Below are positions 25,989 through 41,392 of a stretch of DNA of 64,000 nt, piece by piece. The stretch lies in the NCBI RefSeq assembly GCF_009914755.1, contig NC_060929.1; one strand, written 5' to 3'. Source of the DNA: the human T2T-CHM13v2.0 reference genome, Homo sapiens. A model generated the notes under the pieces. That model worked only from the letters and a program-made list of their open reading frames with translations, searched no databases and had not been told where the DNA came from. Numbering within the stretch: position 1 is the stretch's first letter; every line of letters starts with the position of its first letter. Position numbers and translations under genes: made by a program.

Positions 25989-26564
25989 CTTACTGATCTC
26001 TAACACTCTGCAAACAAATCTGCAGTACCCAGTGGTACAGACAATAAGGTGGCGTAAAGAAACTCAACATCTAACTTCTCTGTAAAACTCCCTCCTGTGG
26101 GCAGTTCTTTGGCTAAAGTCCTGCATATTCAGGTCTATCCCTCAGTTTTGCAAGCCACCAAATACTTGATTATTTACTCAGAACAGATTCAAACCACTGT
26201 ATAGTTATTTAAAAGTTGGCAACTGTTTAGGTGAACAAACTGTTTATGAGGTAAACTGGGTCTTCTATGTGCAATTGACATTGATCAGTATTCTTGGTGG
26301 CCAAATACTCCTTGAAAATAGAACCTTTTCTAGGAGTTTTACTTCAACTTCAAAGCCAGATTAAAAGTTTTAAAGCACAGTCATTATTTTAGCTCACTAG
26401 AATCTCCCCACTTCCCCAGACTGTTCAAAGTAGTGACCTCCCCCTTCAGCTTCCATATTTATATAGGAGGCTCATAAACACAAAAGAACATTTATTTAGC
26501 TCCTCGTTTTCTCAGAATCTTTTCCTGGGGACTATATTATGATCATGCATGTTATGCTAAAACA

Positions 26565-26760
26565 ATTTTACCCAAATTCTGTTCCACACGCTATTAATAA
26601 GTTTTCTGTGAGGGAGGTATTCCATAGTAAAATCCAATTTGGCAACAGTGGGTTAAAAAAGTAAAGCAGGTTTCTCTACTGCTGCAAGAGATCTTTCATA
26701 TGCTATGTATGCATTGTGAATCTCTACCAAGATGATACAGTTTGGGAAAAGTAATCTGAC
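26565..26760. mobile_element. MER103C-like hAT MITE
   Basis: TTTGGCAACAGTGGGTTAAA...CAGGTTTCTCTACTG...ATATGCTATGTATGCATTGTGAATCTC. Confidence 0.6.
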
Positions 26761-27819
26761 TGTATAGCTTTTGTTTTTGGTTTTCCTGGTATGCACTAGA
26801 AGGGTCCATGAATCATGGGATGGACACTTTCAGTTAAGGAAGTAGTCCCATTTTTTTCTCTGAACCCCTGTAGTATATCTTGATATGTTATATAAGAATA
26901 GGTTTGGACTGCCTGAAATGTGGTTCATGATCAACTCCATTAAAAGCTCCTTAATGGTCATAGTCTTCTATTGTCCCCTCTAGTTGAAGGAATTTTAATA
27001 CTCACATTTTATACAATTCAAAATCCTCCATACATGGCATAGCAACGTACTGTTGGGTGGAAAGTAAGGAAGGATATCTGAATAAGGATGGTCAGAAAAA
27101 TTCATTATAGAATAATTAGGAAGTGAACTTCGGCTAAAAGTTATGCAGTCCAGGAGAAATAGTGAGGAAGGGGGCGGACCCTCTGAAGGGGCCAAGCTTG
27201 AGCAAAGATCCTGAAGCAGGTGATACAAAACATTTGTAGGTAAAGAGAAACCCCTGGTCTAACACGACTAAAATGTTGATTTGGAATTCAGTGGCAAAGA
27301 AAGGTAGGAAAAGAGTAGATTGGAGGTAAACTGGACAGGTATTGATGTCAGGATATGTTTACACATCTGATTGCTAGGCATATTGTTGAAAATTATTCAG
27401 CTATTTCACTAAGTTTTGGGTGCCCATATATAACTGAACCCTAGTGTTCATAGCTGTTCTTGAAAAAAAAAAAATAAAGACTCCCAAAGAGTGGTCTGAG
27501 ACAAAGCTAAATTTTTGTTTGCCCACGTGTCACTCAAATGGGGGTCTTCTGAGCAAGAATAAAAAAATATAGATCCAAGGAGAAAAAAAGGAAGCACAGC
27601 AAATAAGACAGTATTCTGAGGTTCTGAGGTCAGCCTGGTTCTTAAAGCAGACCATAAACCCATCTTTGCCATTGGTCACCAATGCTGAGAAGCCTGGATT
27701 CAGCCATGTGAAAGCCTTGTTCCAAATGAGCTGTGTACAATTCTAGAAGACCTAGGGTCACTCGGCAGGCGCCCTCCTCTGTGCTCACTCATCGCTTGAC
27801 AAGATTTTTCCTATAACAT

Positions 27820-28065
27820 TGAATAATACTGTGGTTAAGACAACAGATCCTGGGGTTTCATTGCTTAGTTTTGGATCCTCGTTTATCTAATGCTAGTTTC
27901 ACCATTTTGAGCAAGTTACTTGACCTCTTTAAGCCTGAGATCCTTCATGTGGAAAATGGGCATATTCTAGTGTTTATCCCATAGAGTTGCCTGGAGGATT
28001 AATGAAGCTCTTAGCAGCACTCTTTGCATGGAGTAATGCTCAGTAAATGGTTGCTGTTATTTTGT
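27820..28065 (+). mobile_element. MIR SINE
   Basis: GTGGTTAAGA...TTGAGCAAGTTACTTGACCTCTTTAAGCCT...CTTCATGTGGAAAATGGG...TGCTCAGTAAATGGTTGCTGTTAT. Confidence 0.75.
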
Positions 28066-29619
28066 TGTTATTACCCCTAAATACATGAAGGAATGCAAGA
28101 ATATTCTTCCTACTCTTAAAATCCGCAAAGGGAGACTGTCATAGAAATACAAAACATGAAGTGAAATAGAGCTGTTTTATTCCTGGCAAAGTTGTACATT
28201 TTTTTACATATTTCGCCACGACCAGAAACCTTTAAAACAATCATACTATCAGTGCTTTCAAGTCTAGTAAAAAAAAAATGTCCTTTTAATCTCATGTTGC
28301 ATCAGTACCAGTAGCCTGCACATATTTAACGTGTTCAAAGAAAATGCAATTTTAAGTATATTAATACATGTTAGGATAACTTTTAGGTTCTGAGCACAAA
28401 AGTGACGGTACAGATTTTTACTTATCAATGTATCTGTTGCCCTGTTTCTGCTATATGACCATATTAGTTATTAATATCAATATTTCTAATTTTTTTATTC
28501 TTGGCTACTTTTATGACATATAAGTTCTTAGCAAGAAAAAAAATGGCTCAGTAGTAGTAGATATGAATTCCACTATCTCTTCATAGGTCACTAGGTTCAG
28601 TAATAGATAATGGCATAATTACTTTTTGAGTTTAAAAAAATCCAATTGGAATGCCTGCAGGTACGTGTATATTTATTTGGTTTAGAACTTATTTTTTTAG
28701 CATAATTCGTTTATTGTATTTGGTATGATGGGTCCGAATGAAACCATGCATCCAGAGGAAATTATTTTTTAATATAGACTCATAACCTAGGTATTAAGAA
28801 TATTTCTTTTTTTTTTTCTCTCCCAAAGGCAGTAAGGCAGTTTTTCTGTTTAAACCCATTACCACAATCCATCAGAAATATTTATTCTTTTACTTGTAAG
28901 ATTTACTTAGTTTCCGTGGTTGTGGTCTGTGTATTAAGGGAAGGCTGAAGAAGGCTATTTATACTGATCACTCACTCATTCATTCATTCAGTGAAAATCT
29001 ATTGAGTACCTACTTTATATTAGGCACTGCTCTAGGCACTGAGGATATGGCTGTGAATAGGAAACAGACAAAAATCCTCACGCTCTCATGGTGCTGCCAT
29101 TCCAGTGGCATTACCATACTGTATTACCACTACACAATGGCTAAAGAAGCTCACAGGGTCTTTCTTATACTTGAGCTTAAGCTATGACGCATCACATCTT
29201 TAGTCAGCTCTTTTCTGACCACCCAGTCTAAAATGTCTTGTGTGTGTTAAGTCAGGAAATGTGAAGGGTTGGAGAAGCAAGGAGACCTCTGGGTCAGAGA
29301 CAGACAGTTTATTATTCACAACAAAATTAGCAGACTCCTATCTCTCTAGAGACATAATTTTTATTACCCTGGAATGTAAGCAAATATTTTCAGTGAGAGA
29401 TGTTTGATATCTCTAAATCTTTTCGGAAAGAAATGCTGTTTTTTTATTTTAGTTATCCAGGAATGCTTCTTTCTTTCTAGTGTTGCATGCTTGTGCAAGC
29501 ATTCTTAAAAATGTAGGCCTGGAGAATATGGATAATTAATTATAAATGTATAGGGATGTGATAAATTCATAAGGAAATATCTCCCGATAATGTAATACTC
29601 CAATTAGAATGCAAGCCCC

Positions 29620-29917
29620 GGCTGGGCACAGTGGCTCACGCCTGTAATCCCAGCACTTTGGGAGGCCGAGGCAGGTGGATCACAAGGTCAGGAGATCGAG
29701 ACCATCCTGGCTAATACGGTGAAACCCTGTCTCTACTAAAAATACAAAAAATTAGCCAGGCTTGGTGGTGGAAGCCTGTAGTCTCAGCTACTAGGGAGGA
29801 TGAGGCAGAAGAATGGTGTGAATCCACGAGGTGGAGCTTGCAGTGAGCTGAGATGGAACCACTGCACTCCAGCCTAGGCGACAGAGCGAAACCCTGTCTC
29901 AAAAAAAAAAAAAAAAA
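29620..29917 (+). mobile_element. Alu SINE, AluY-like, inserted in an L2 3' end
   Basis: GGAGATCGAGACCATCCTGGCTAA, GAATGGTGTGAA and GGAGCTTGCAGTG diagnostics; TSD AAGCCCC; L2 tail resumes to TGTTGAATGAATGA near 30012. Confidence 0.96.
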
Positions 29918-32332
29918 AAGCCCCATGAGAGCAGGGATTATTTTCTATTCCATATGTCTACAATAGTGTTGAGCATATTGTAGGTGCTTAATAAATATTT
30001 GTTGAATGAATGACATTGATGTTGAAGATAATGGTGATGATGATGGTTATGATTTTTACTCTAAGTTCTCAGAAGATAATCAGTCCTTTTGAGGCTTAAG
30101 GCAAAAACACTCCAGAGAAACCATGGATAAAATTATGCAGAAGTCTACTGACCACATTTGCACAAAAAATAATTCTTAATAGGAGAAATTATGTCATCTG
30201 TACATCTAGGAAATCTCAAGTTTGTGAGATTTTTTTTAAAAATTGTTTTGTGATTTTATTTTATCTAATAAGCACAACTCTAAAATGCTCAAGATACTTA
30301 TAGTAATATAATCAGGATAATTAGGAAACATTAAATATTGCTTATCTCATTAATGGAGATATGCAATGTACATTGACATCTTCAAAACTGGCAATTTTAC
30401 AGTAAAACAATTAATAAAATCAACAATAGCAAAAAAAATACTAAAAAAAAAGATCTATTTGTTTAACCTTTTTCCAAATGTACTTTTAATCTGTTTAAAA
30501 TTTGCAAAAATCTCACAGGATATGTTTGCAACAGAATGCACTTTGAGAAATACAGCTACCCTTTAGATTCCTGGATAACCACAAAGTATTTTAGTGATCA
30601 GATTTCAAATTTTATCTATGAATCTTGGTTCTAGAAACATGAACCTCCCAGGAGCTCTTGATCCAGGAAATATTCTTACTGCACTCTTGGATTTAATTGT
30701 GTGTAAGCAATACGTAAAGGCAAAAATAGGATAAGACTGGCTTTCATCAAGAACCATGGCTGGTTACCCATCCAGAAATGTAGTCTTGGGAGAAAATCAG
30801 AGGACTTTGTTACACTTGTAAGATTCCACCACTGTAAGAACAGTGATGACATTGTCATGGTTCCTGATTGCCTTCTCTCCCTTTTCCTCTTATGCTTGCA
30901 GGATTTCTGTGCAATCAGGAAGCATTTGCTGTTGATAATGGCTGGTTGCAGAAAAAGGAAAGTTTCTCCTTAAATGTCTGTTCTTAGCATGAAGGAAAAC
31001 CTTTCCTAGAAGTTTTGAGAAGACATCCTATTAGATTTCATCAAACAGAAGAGACCCTACTTCTTTTCAAAGATATTGTTAGCAAGGAGGGGAGACTACA
31101 TGATTAGATCAGCCCAATACCAGTTATAACCTGAAGCAGAGTACGTCTCCTTTGAAGACAGGGCCTCCCTAAGATAAGACAAAATAGTAAGGTTCTGTCA
31201 ACAAGAAAGAAAACAGAGAAAGCTTGCTGGTTAGAATGCAGCTTAAGGATGTATGAGTCATACCCTGCAAAAAGGCCGTCAGGATTGGAGTGCTGGATTG
31301 GGTTTTCAGTTTAATTTACACAAGTTCTCAATATGCAAACAAGGAAGCCCTATCTGACAATATCCTTTTTCAGCTAATATTTTCAAGGTAGATTAAGTGA
31401 ATACTTTTACTAACACAGGAGAAGAGACTGAGGCATCACTTCCAATGGTTTGCTCAAAATCCCATAGTTGGCTAAGACTATAGAATTACTAAACTCAAGA
31501 TGCCCTAACTTCTAGAACCATCACCAATCCACTCTCCTGCCTATGTTCCTTACAGACTCTTCTCCAAGATTTGGAACTTTGGGTGTATAAATAAAAGGTA
31601 TAGGGGTGGAGGTAGGGTGAGGTACCTTATCTCTTTAAACATAAATCACATTTATAAATGGTCACCTGCTTTTGCTCATGACATTGCCCAATGGTTCCAG
31701 CCAAAGAGATCAAATTGATGGCAGCCCATGTTAGCATAGTGAAACCTGGACCAACGCCGCCCCTTCCAGCTAACAAGCCAGTGTGAAATGAAAGCAACTT
31801 TTGTTGATAGCGTTGACAGAAGGTGCCACATACAAATTACAATCAGTTCAAAAATTAATTGCCAGATTATTAATTTGAAGGAAATGTACACAGTGTTGTT
31901 TCCCTCTTCTGGATCTCTGGCTGAGTTTCTTTTCTGTTGATGCTGATCTCCCTGCTTTCCCCTGCTCCCCAGCACAACACTGGAGACTCTGAAGGCCTTC
32001 TCCAGTAGAGGGTCAGGCTTTTGCTCTTTTGAATTTACTAGTGGGTCTTGGATGTTGATCGACTTGGGGAATTCAGGCCAGTCAATTCCTGGACCTCAAA
32101 CTTCTCACCTATAAAATAAAGTAAAATAAAATGAAATAATAGTTTGGAATAAATAGGCTAGGACTGCTCATTTCTCAGGAAACTTTATAAAGCATCTCTT
32201 CATTTCTCATGTTAAAAGTAATAAGTATATATCTGAATATAAAAGTCCCCCATAATTCTACCTTACTCAAAGACAACTCATCAATATTTTGTTATATAGT
32301 CTTTGATATGTTACTTCCTGTTCACATACTAA

Positions 32333-32685
<353 letters not shown>

Positions 32686-33892
32686 TGTTCTTGCATTTTT
32701 TACATAGTAACTGGACATACTTTCATGTAAATAATCTAGATATTTCTTTCTTTTTAATGGCTGCATAGTATTCCACTGCATAGATATGTTAAAATTTATT
32801 CATCTCCTCTCTTATTAATGTATATTTGTGTGGTTTTCAATTATTCACCATTGCAAATAAAGCTGTAGTAGTGAACACTCTTATAGACATATCTTTGAAC
32901 TCTCATCTGTGTATTTCTGCAGGATAAATTCTGTGAAAAGGAATTGCTGAGCTAAGGGACCAGGATCCCTTTCAACAACTGCTGAAGATGCTGGGTCACC
33001 CAGGCAACAACCTCAAAACAGATCCTGTTTTGGAGTGAGAATTTCCTCTCTAAGTGATGGCCTGAAAATTAGCGAATTTCCAGAACTGCACTCCTGATGG
33101 GTCTTTTCACTTCCTATCCAATATTCAGGCCTAAAATGAATCCTTTCTTGCTCATTTTTATGGGTGATAATGTGTTCCTCCCACCTGGTGCTTCTTTTTA
33201 TTTCACTACAGCTATAACAAGCACTTATAAGAACAGCAATCTAGGTTACCTGAAAACCTTTTCCTTGTTAACTTGTCTCAAAAAACTAAGACTAGTGAGA
33301 GAATTGAAAGGCAGTATCTCAGTCATAGTTATATAAAGCTGCTCTTGAGCATATCATTAACTTTTCCCCCTGGTTTATCTGTTTAAAAATAGGAATGCCA
33401 TTCATTTGTTAGGCTTTGGCAGACAACTCACAGGCCTCATTAGGGTAGACATGCTCTATCCCTTTCCCTTCATACAAATGTAAAGCAGTTTACCTTAGAA
33501 AAATGCTAAATGAATGAGATGCTTAAATAATAATAAACAAGTATCTTAACACTCTGTGATTAGCACTCAGTCATGACTAATGTTTAGACCTCCTCATTTC
33601 TGTCAAAAATCCATTTTATCAGAGGCAGAAATGGCCTAAATTATTTGATATGCATTAGCTATGAAAAAGACCTCTTGCAGCACTAGATATTCAAGTCTGT
33701 GACCCTTCCCAGCTGGAGCAGCAATTAGGAGAGCGATCTGTTCCATTCAAACCCAAAAAAAGAAAGGATTCAATGCCAGCAACACAAAGCACAGTAGTTT
33801 TAAACTCAAGATACTCTCATTTCAATATTGACTCACATGACCTCCCCCTCTACCCCTTACCCCCAAATTGCTCTTATTGCCCTACAACTGTC

Positions 33893-34256
33893 TAGTATAT
33901 CTCAAAGATGTCACAGGACCACCTGCAGAACAATTGCCTGCTTGTTAAATTGTAGACTCCTGGGCTTCATCCTGACTTGAAGAAAGTAGGCTTAGGAATA
34001 TGCAATTTTTAATAAGTATCCCCAGGTAATTTTGATGCACTGTAGTATTTGAAGACCTCTACCCTCCTAGACCACACATCTGAAAACATTCACATGCACA
34101 GGGGCACCGGGGTAGCTTGTTAAGGTGTAATTCTGATTCAGAGGATCTTGGGTAGGGCCTGAGATTATACATTTCTAACAAGATCCCAGATGATGCAACT
34201 GCTGTGGATGCATTGACCACACCTCGAGCGGTGAGGCTGCTGTAAAACAAAGCTCT
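33893..34256. mobile_element. Two abutting MER5-family MITEs
   Basis: CTTGTTAAA...CTCCTGGGC...CCCCAGGTAATTTTGATGCAC, then TTCTGATTCAG...GGGCCTGAGATT...CATTTCTAACAAG. Confidence 0.7.
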
Positions 34257-36030
34257 AGGTGTCGTAAAAGCCATTCACCTTTATAACCCATGTGTCATAC
34301 ACGGCTTGAGCCCAGTGTATGTTCCTTTGACTGAAAAAATGAATAAATGCCAAATCAGAGATAGTGAGAACACGGGAAATGTTATCTAGTTTGTAACTAA
34401 CGTGAAATTTCTTCAGCGCAGCCAGTGTGATATGTATATTGGTATTTCTTTCAATGTAAGACCTAGGGGTGTGTCTTTGTCCCTTTGTGTTGCTACAAAG
34501 GAATACCTGAGGCTGAGCATTTTATAAAGAAAAGAGGTTTACTTGGCTCATGGTTCTGTAGGCTGTACAAGAAACATGGTGCTAGCATCTGCATCTGGTG
34601 AGGGCCACTGGCTGCTTCCTCTCAAGGCAGAAGGTAAAGGGGAGCTGGTGTGTGCAGAGATCACACAGAAGAGGAAGCAGGAAAGAGAGGGGAAGGTGCC
34701 AGGCTGTTTTTAACAACAATTTCTCAGGGAACTAATAGAGTAAGAACTCACTGAAAACCTTGAGGACCGCATCAAGCCATTCATGAGGGGTCCATCTTTG
34801 TGACCCTAAAACCTCCAACACTGGGGATTAAATTTCAAAATAAGGTTTGGAGAACAAACATCCAAATTATAGCATTCCACTTCTGGTCCCACAAACCTCA
34901 TGTCCTTCTCACATTGCAAAATGCAATTATCTCTTTTAGTCCCCATAAGTCTTAACTTATTCCATCCTCAACTCAAAAGTCCAAAGTCTAAAGTCTCATA
35001 TGAGACTCAAGGCAAGTTCCTTCTGCTATGAGCCTGTAAAATAAAAAACAAATTATTTATTTCCAAGATACAATGGTTGTACAGGCATTGGGTTAATACT
35101 CCCATTCCAAAAGGGAGAACTCAACCAAAAGAAAGGAATAACAGGCCCCACACAAATCAAAGACCCAGCAGGCCAGATATCAAATCCTAAAGCTCCAAAA
35201 TGATCTCCCTTGATTCCATGTTGCATATTTTGGGCACACCAGTGTGAAGTTGCCTTGCAAAGCCTTGGGCAGCTCCAATTCATTGCTTTGCTAGGTGCAG
35301 GCTACACAGCTGCTTTGATGCATTAGAATTGAATGCCTGTGGCTTTTCCAGGCCGAGGGTACATGCTATCAGCGGTTCTATAATTCTGGGGTCTGCAGGG
35401 CAGTAGCTCTGCTCCTACTACTCCAGGAGGCAGTGCCCTGGCAAAGACTCTCTGTGGTGGCTCCATCCCCACATTTCTGCTTGGCATTTTCTTCATAGAG
35501 TCTCTTTGCAATTCTCCACCCCTGCATCATGCTTCTGCGTAGGCACCCGGACTTTGCAAGACATCCTCTGAAATCTAGGTGGAAGCCGCCAAGCTTCCTC
35601 ACTCTTGCATTCTTCCCAGCCTCAGAATTAACACAACATTGAAGCCACCAAGGCTTACAGCTTGCTCCCTCCAGAGTTGCAACCTGAGTAGTACTTGGGG
35701 GCCCTTTGAGCCCTTGACCTAGGGTATCTAGGCAGAGCCTACCTCAAATATTTCTGAAATGTCTTTGGGGTATTTTTTCCTTTTTTTTTTTTTTTTTCTT
35801 TCTTTTACTCTTATCGCCTATCTCCCTTTTATCTGTGCTAATCTCTCTAGTAAGTGGTTTCTCCACAGCGCTCTTGGATTTCTCACTTTAAAATGCTCTT
35901 TTCTTCTCTGTCACATGTCCAGGTACAAATTTTTAAAATTTTTGTGCTCTATTTTGTTTTTAATTATCAATTTCAACTTTAGGTCATTGTATTGCTCCTG
36001 TATCTGATTGCAGGTTGTTAAAAGCGATCA

Positions 36031-36482
<452 letters not shown>

Positions 36483-36784
36483 CTAGTTTCCAAAAAGTTC
36501 CTCATTTCCATCTGAGACCTGATAATTATGGTCTTTATTAGCATTTTAGTCACAATCACTTAAACAAGCTCTAAGAAGTTCCAAATGTTCCCTCCTCTTC
36601 CTGTCTTCGAATGAACCCTCCAATGTCTTCCAATCTCTGTCTGTTACCCAGTTCCAAAGCTGCTTCCATATTTTCAGGTATCTTTATAGCAATGCCCCAC
36701 TCCTCAGTATCAATTTTCTTACTCCAATTGTGTTGCTGTAAAGGAATATCTGAGGCTGGGTAATTTATAAAGAAAAGAGTTTTA

Positions 36785-37071
36785 GGCCGGGCACGGTGGC
36801 TTATGCCTGTAATCCCACCACTTTGGGAGGCCGAGGTGGGTGGATCACTTGAGGTCAGGAGTTCCTGACCAGCCTGGTCAACATGGTGAAACCCCATCTC
36901 TACTAAAAATACACATATTAGCCGGGTGTGGTGGCAGGTGCCTGTAATCCCAGCTACTCGGGAGGCTACGGCAGGAAAATCGCTTGAACCCAGGAGACAG
37001 AGGTTGCCATGAGCCAAAATTGTACCACTGGGTAACAGAGTGAGACTCCATCTCAAAAAACAAAAAAAAAA
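36785..37071 (+). mobile_element. Alu SINE (AluSx-like) in MSTB LTR
   Basis: Full dimer with a small deletion at CCACTG|GGTAACAGAG; A tail. Confidence 0.96.
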
Positions 37072-37250
37072 GAACTTTAATTTGGCTCATGGTTCTTCAG
37101 GCTCTATAAGAAGCATGGTACCAGTATGTGCTTCTGACGAGCGTCTTAGGCTGCTTTCACTCACAGAGGAAGGTGAAGGGAAACCATCATATACAGAGAT
37201 CACATGGTGAGATGGGATTCAAGAGAGGGGGAAGGTGCCAGCTTCTTTTT

Positions 37251-37548
37251 TATTTATTATTTATTATTTTTTATTTTATTTATTTATTTTTTGAGATGGA
37301 GTCTCGCTCTGTTGCCCAGGCTGGAGTGCAGTGTGATCTTGGCTCACTGCAACCTCACCTCCCGGGTTCAAGCGATTCTCCTGCCTCAGCCTCCTGCGTG
37401 CCACCACTCCCAGCTAATTTTTGTATTTTTAGTAAAGATGGGGTTTCACCATGTTGATTAGGCTGGTCTCGAACTCCTGACCTTGTGATCTGCCCACCTT
37501 GGTCTCCCAAAGTGGTGGGATTACAGGCATGAGCCACCGCACCTGGCC
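37251..37548 (-). mobile_element. Alu SINE (AluSg-like) in MSTB LTR
   Basis: TSD GCCAGCTTCTTTTT at 37237-37250 and 37549-37562; lacks GAGTAGCTGGGATTACAG. Confidence 0.96.
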
Positions 37549-38882
37549 GCCAGCTTCTTTTTAATAACCAGTTCTTGGAGGAATGCTCATGGGAGCTAGC
37601 AGAGTGAGAACTCCCTCATTACTCTGAGAACAGCACCAAACCATTCATGAGGGATCCGTTCCCAAGACCCAAACACATCCCATTAGGCCCCATCTCCAAC
37701 TTTGGGGATCACATTTCCACATGCGTTTCGGAGGACAAACATCCAAACTATAGCAGGGCAGTTAGTTGTCCTAATCAGGTGTACACATTGCACACAAAAG
37801 GTCACAGTCCAGAGGCAGCTATTATGAAACTTAGCTGTCTTTATCTAGGAACAACACTGGGGTCTTTTTAAATAACAAAAGAGATTAAAAGCACATCATT
37901 GAAAATCTGTGATGTGCAAGACACATGCACTGGTAAAATATTTCAGAGGCGATCCCTGATGTTGCAGGAAATTAAGAATTGAGAGAAAACAGTAGACGGT
38001 GTTCCCAGGTTATTAGGTTACTGATTAATTAGGCCTTCTAACTCTGTGGTTAGCCAAATCCTGCTGAGAGCACCTGCCTTAATCATACGGTTTACTCAGG
38101 GCACTCTTGGAGCACTTAAAAGGATGGAAGCCTGGCACTGGGATGTATGACTGTCCTATGCTTTCATGCTAATAAATGCCTATATGTTGAGCTGAATTTG
38201 CCTTGACACTTGTTTTAACTGTAACCTGTTACTGAGTGTGTGAGAAGGTCTATAACTCACATTTAACTCTAACAAAGGTGAATAACCAAACTGGCTCATT
38301 CATATTGTCAGGCAATAAGAAGTAGTTGGGTTCAGGGCCACTGCCATCTTTATATTTGATCTGTCCACATACATTTAAAATAATCAAAGTGACTCACAAA
38401 GAATTATGTAAGCAACATCGGCAATGTTCATGGAAATCTATATCCATGTAATGCACTTTCTCTCTTTAGCAAATCCTTGACACAGAAAGGCAAACGATTT
38501 GAAAAAGACTTAAAATTTACATTTAGAATAGCCCTTCTCAGGACATTTCAAATTTAGGCAGGTAGAAGCAAAAATGGCCAAGGGCTGCTCTAGCTGGCCC
38601 AATTAGATAAGGTTTTTTTCTTCCAGGGGGTTGGGGGAGTTGTTGTGAGATTGCAACCATGATCTTGATCCTAACTCCCAGAGAAGAAAGACAAAGATGA
38701 GAGGCACTGACTGGAAGTAGAGGGACAAGTCTGGCTCTAACCTGTTCTACTGACTCCATCCAATTGATAAATAGCAAATACCTTCTTTAATGAAAAATTT
38801 GACTGAGAAAGCCTATTTTAGAAATCTCATAGTGTTCAGTAGTAGTATATTCAAAGCAAAAGAATGGTAACAGTAATAATAT

Positions 38883-39237
<355 letters not shown>

Positions 39238-39930
39238 TTATTAAACATTTGATATTAAGTATCCACTTTTCTGATTGAACTCTGGTGGATAAATTAGAAG
39301 AGTGTACAAAAACAAGAAAATGCAAAAGAATCTTTAATTACATTTAGGGGACAAAGGTCTCATATATAAGGAAAATATTAGCAGGCTTTGCCTGGTGAGA
39401 CGGTACAAGCCATTCTGAATGACTGTTCAGAGTATAGAAGTTTAATTTAAGCAGAGTTCGAGAGAGAGAGGTCCCGCAGAGAGTTTTTCCTTCCCTCTGG
39501 GGGTTCAGAAGATTTGTGGGCACACACATGAAGGCAGAGCAGAGAGGAGGCCAGAATGGGGAATTTTAAGGTTCACAGAACAAGTTTTGTATGAATGCTT
39601 TTCCAGAATTTACTCAATTACATATCGTTTAGAGGAAGATGAGGGAGGAGAACACGTTTTGATCATCAAAGTGTAAGTTAAACTTTGGTGCTACTCAAAT
39701 GTTGTATTAAATGTTCTATGAAAAAGGGTCTGGGCTTGAAAGACCAGGAAGGAGACTCTCTGCTGGCTACTTTTGCTTCTCCTGAAAGGACTTTTCATGC
39801 CTCAATTAAATCCTCGCCTTGTGCAATTTAGGTCATCCTTGCTGTGTTAACCAGCCCAAGGAGGTCAGCAGTGGTGTCCTACACAATCAAGTGTCGAGTG
39901 ACTTTAAGAACCCAAGCCCAAGCTCTGTCA

Positions 39931-40130
39931 TGGGGGTTGGCTAACTTTTTCTGTATCTGTCCAGATAGTATATGTTTTAGTTACTATGGTCCATCTGGTC
40001 TCTGTCCCAACTCCTCAACTCCATCACTGTAGCACAAAAGCAGCCACAGACTACATAAATACACGAGGATTAATTAAGCTTTATTAAGCTATATTAACAA
40101 AAGCAAGGTCAAAGGTTGTAGTTCTCTGCT
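39931..40130 (-). mobile_element. MER58A MITE
   Basis: GGGGTTGGCTAACTTTTTCTGTA...CCAGATAGTA...TGTAGCACAAAAGCAGCCACAGAC. Confidence 0.75.
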
Positions 40131-40677
40131 CTATGGGAAGGCAGTATATGTCTTTCCCTTGCTCTGTTTCCTGTGGGTCAAAGATGCATCTTTCATAGTA
40201 AAATTGTCTCTATTGATTCTTTATTAGAAGTTCAACAAACATTTCTTTAGTACCATATATGTAGACTATACTATATTAGGTACTAGGGGATGAGGGAGCA
40301 GTTTGAGATGGGAAGAAAGGAAAGATGTTTAACATCTTTTTTCCCCCAAAAGTGTCTTTAATCTCCTTAGGGAGCATAGGCATGTGGGTAAACAGGACAA
40401 GTCAAAAAAGAGTAAGTAAGTTTAGAGTAGAAGCAGTCAGGTACAGATTACAAACTCTATGTATCTTTTTTGGTGTGTTCCATTGCCCCAGTTGTTTATG
40501 GATGGTACAGAATTCTCCCAGAGAGCAGGAGGTGCAGTGTTGACTGGAGAGATTGTGTGTCCGTTGATGAGATTCAGCCTGTTGTGTTTAGACATTATCT
40601 ATCTCATCCTCCTTGTAAAGGCAATGTTACTAATTCATTTAACCAAACAGGAGAGAGCTTTTGCCTATGTGGTATAT

Positions 40678-40836
40678 CATTGCTTCTCAAACTTCAGTGT
40701 TCCTAAGTATCATCATTAGGGGATCTTGTTAAAATACAGATTCTGGTTCTGTGGGACTAGGGAGGGGCCTAAGATTCTACATTTCCAAAAATGTCACTGC
40801 TGCTAGTCATCAGTACATACTTGGATGAATGGCAAG
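40678..40836. mobile_element. MER5-family MITE
   Basis: TGCTTCTCAAACTTCAGTGT...GGGATCTTGTTAAAATACAGATTCTG...GGGGCCTAAGATTCTACATTTC. Confidence 0.75.
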
Positions 40837-41392
40837 ATACTTCAATAACTAGGCAAACGGCATCCTGGACTGAAAGTATTTTCTACTAGAGGAATTTCAA
40901 AGTGTAAATGTTGAAGAGCTAAATGATCCCACTTCCTTAAAATGTGTTCCCTCTCACAGCTTCCCTCCCCAACAGTAAGTAGATAAATTCACCACTTACG
41001 ACTCATCTTGAAAATGTGAAAGCTGCTGTGAAAATACAAGCAGATTATCTGAATTGGTTAATGCTTTACTAAACTTTAATATTATACTTTAGGTGGAAAT
41101 GGCTTCCTGGATAAGGGTGAGCCCCCAAGCAGTACTTTGAGAGAATGGGATAAAGGAAAGAGAATATTTGGTGAGGAGATAGAGTCATGAGTGATTAGGT
41201 CACAGAAGCTGTCTAAGACATATAAAACCAAAATTTAAACGGCTGGAATTGCTGTGAACACATAAGGGACTATAGACCAAGGACTGAAAGAGCAAGATGG
41301 GGGAAAGTGTCCAGACCAAACATAGAAAAAGGTCCAGAGGAAACACGGTCTAGGGAGAGACCCTGGAATTTCATCCACTGCACAGCTGAAGG

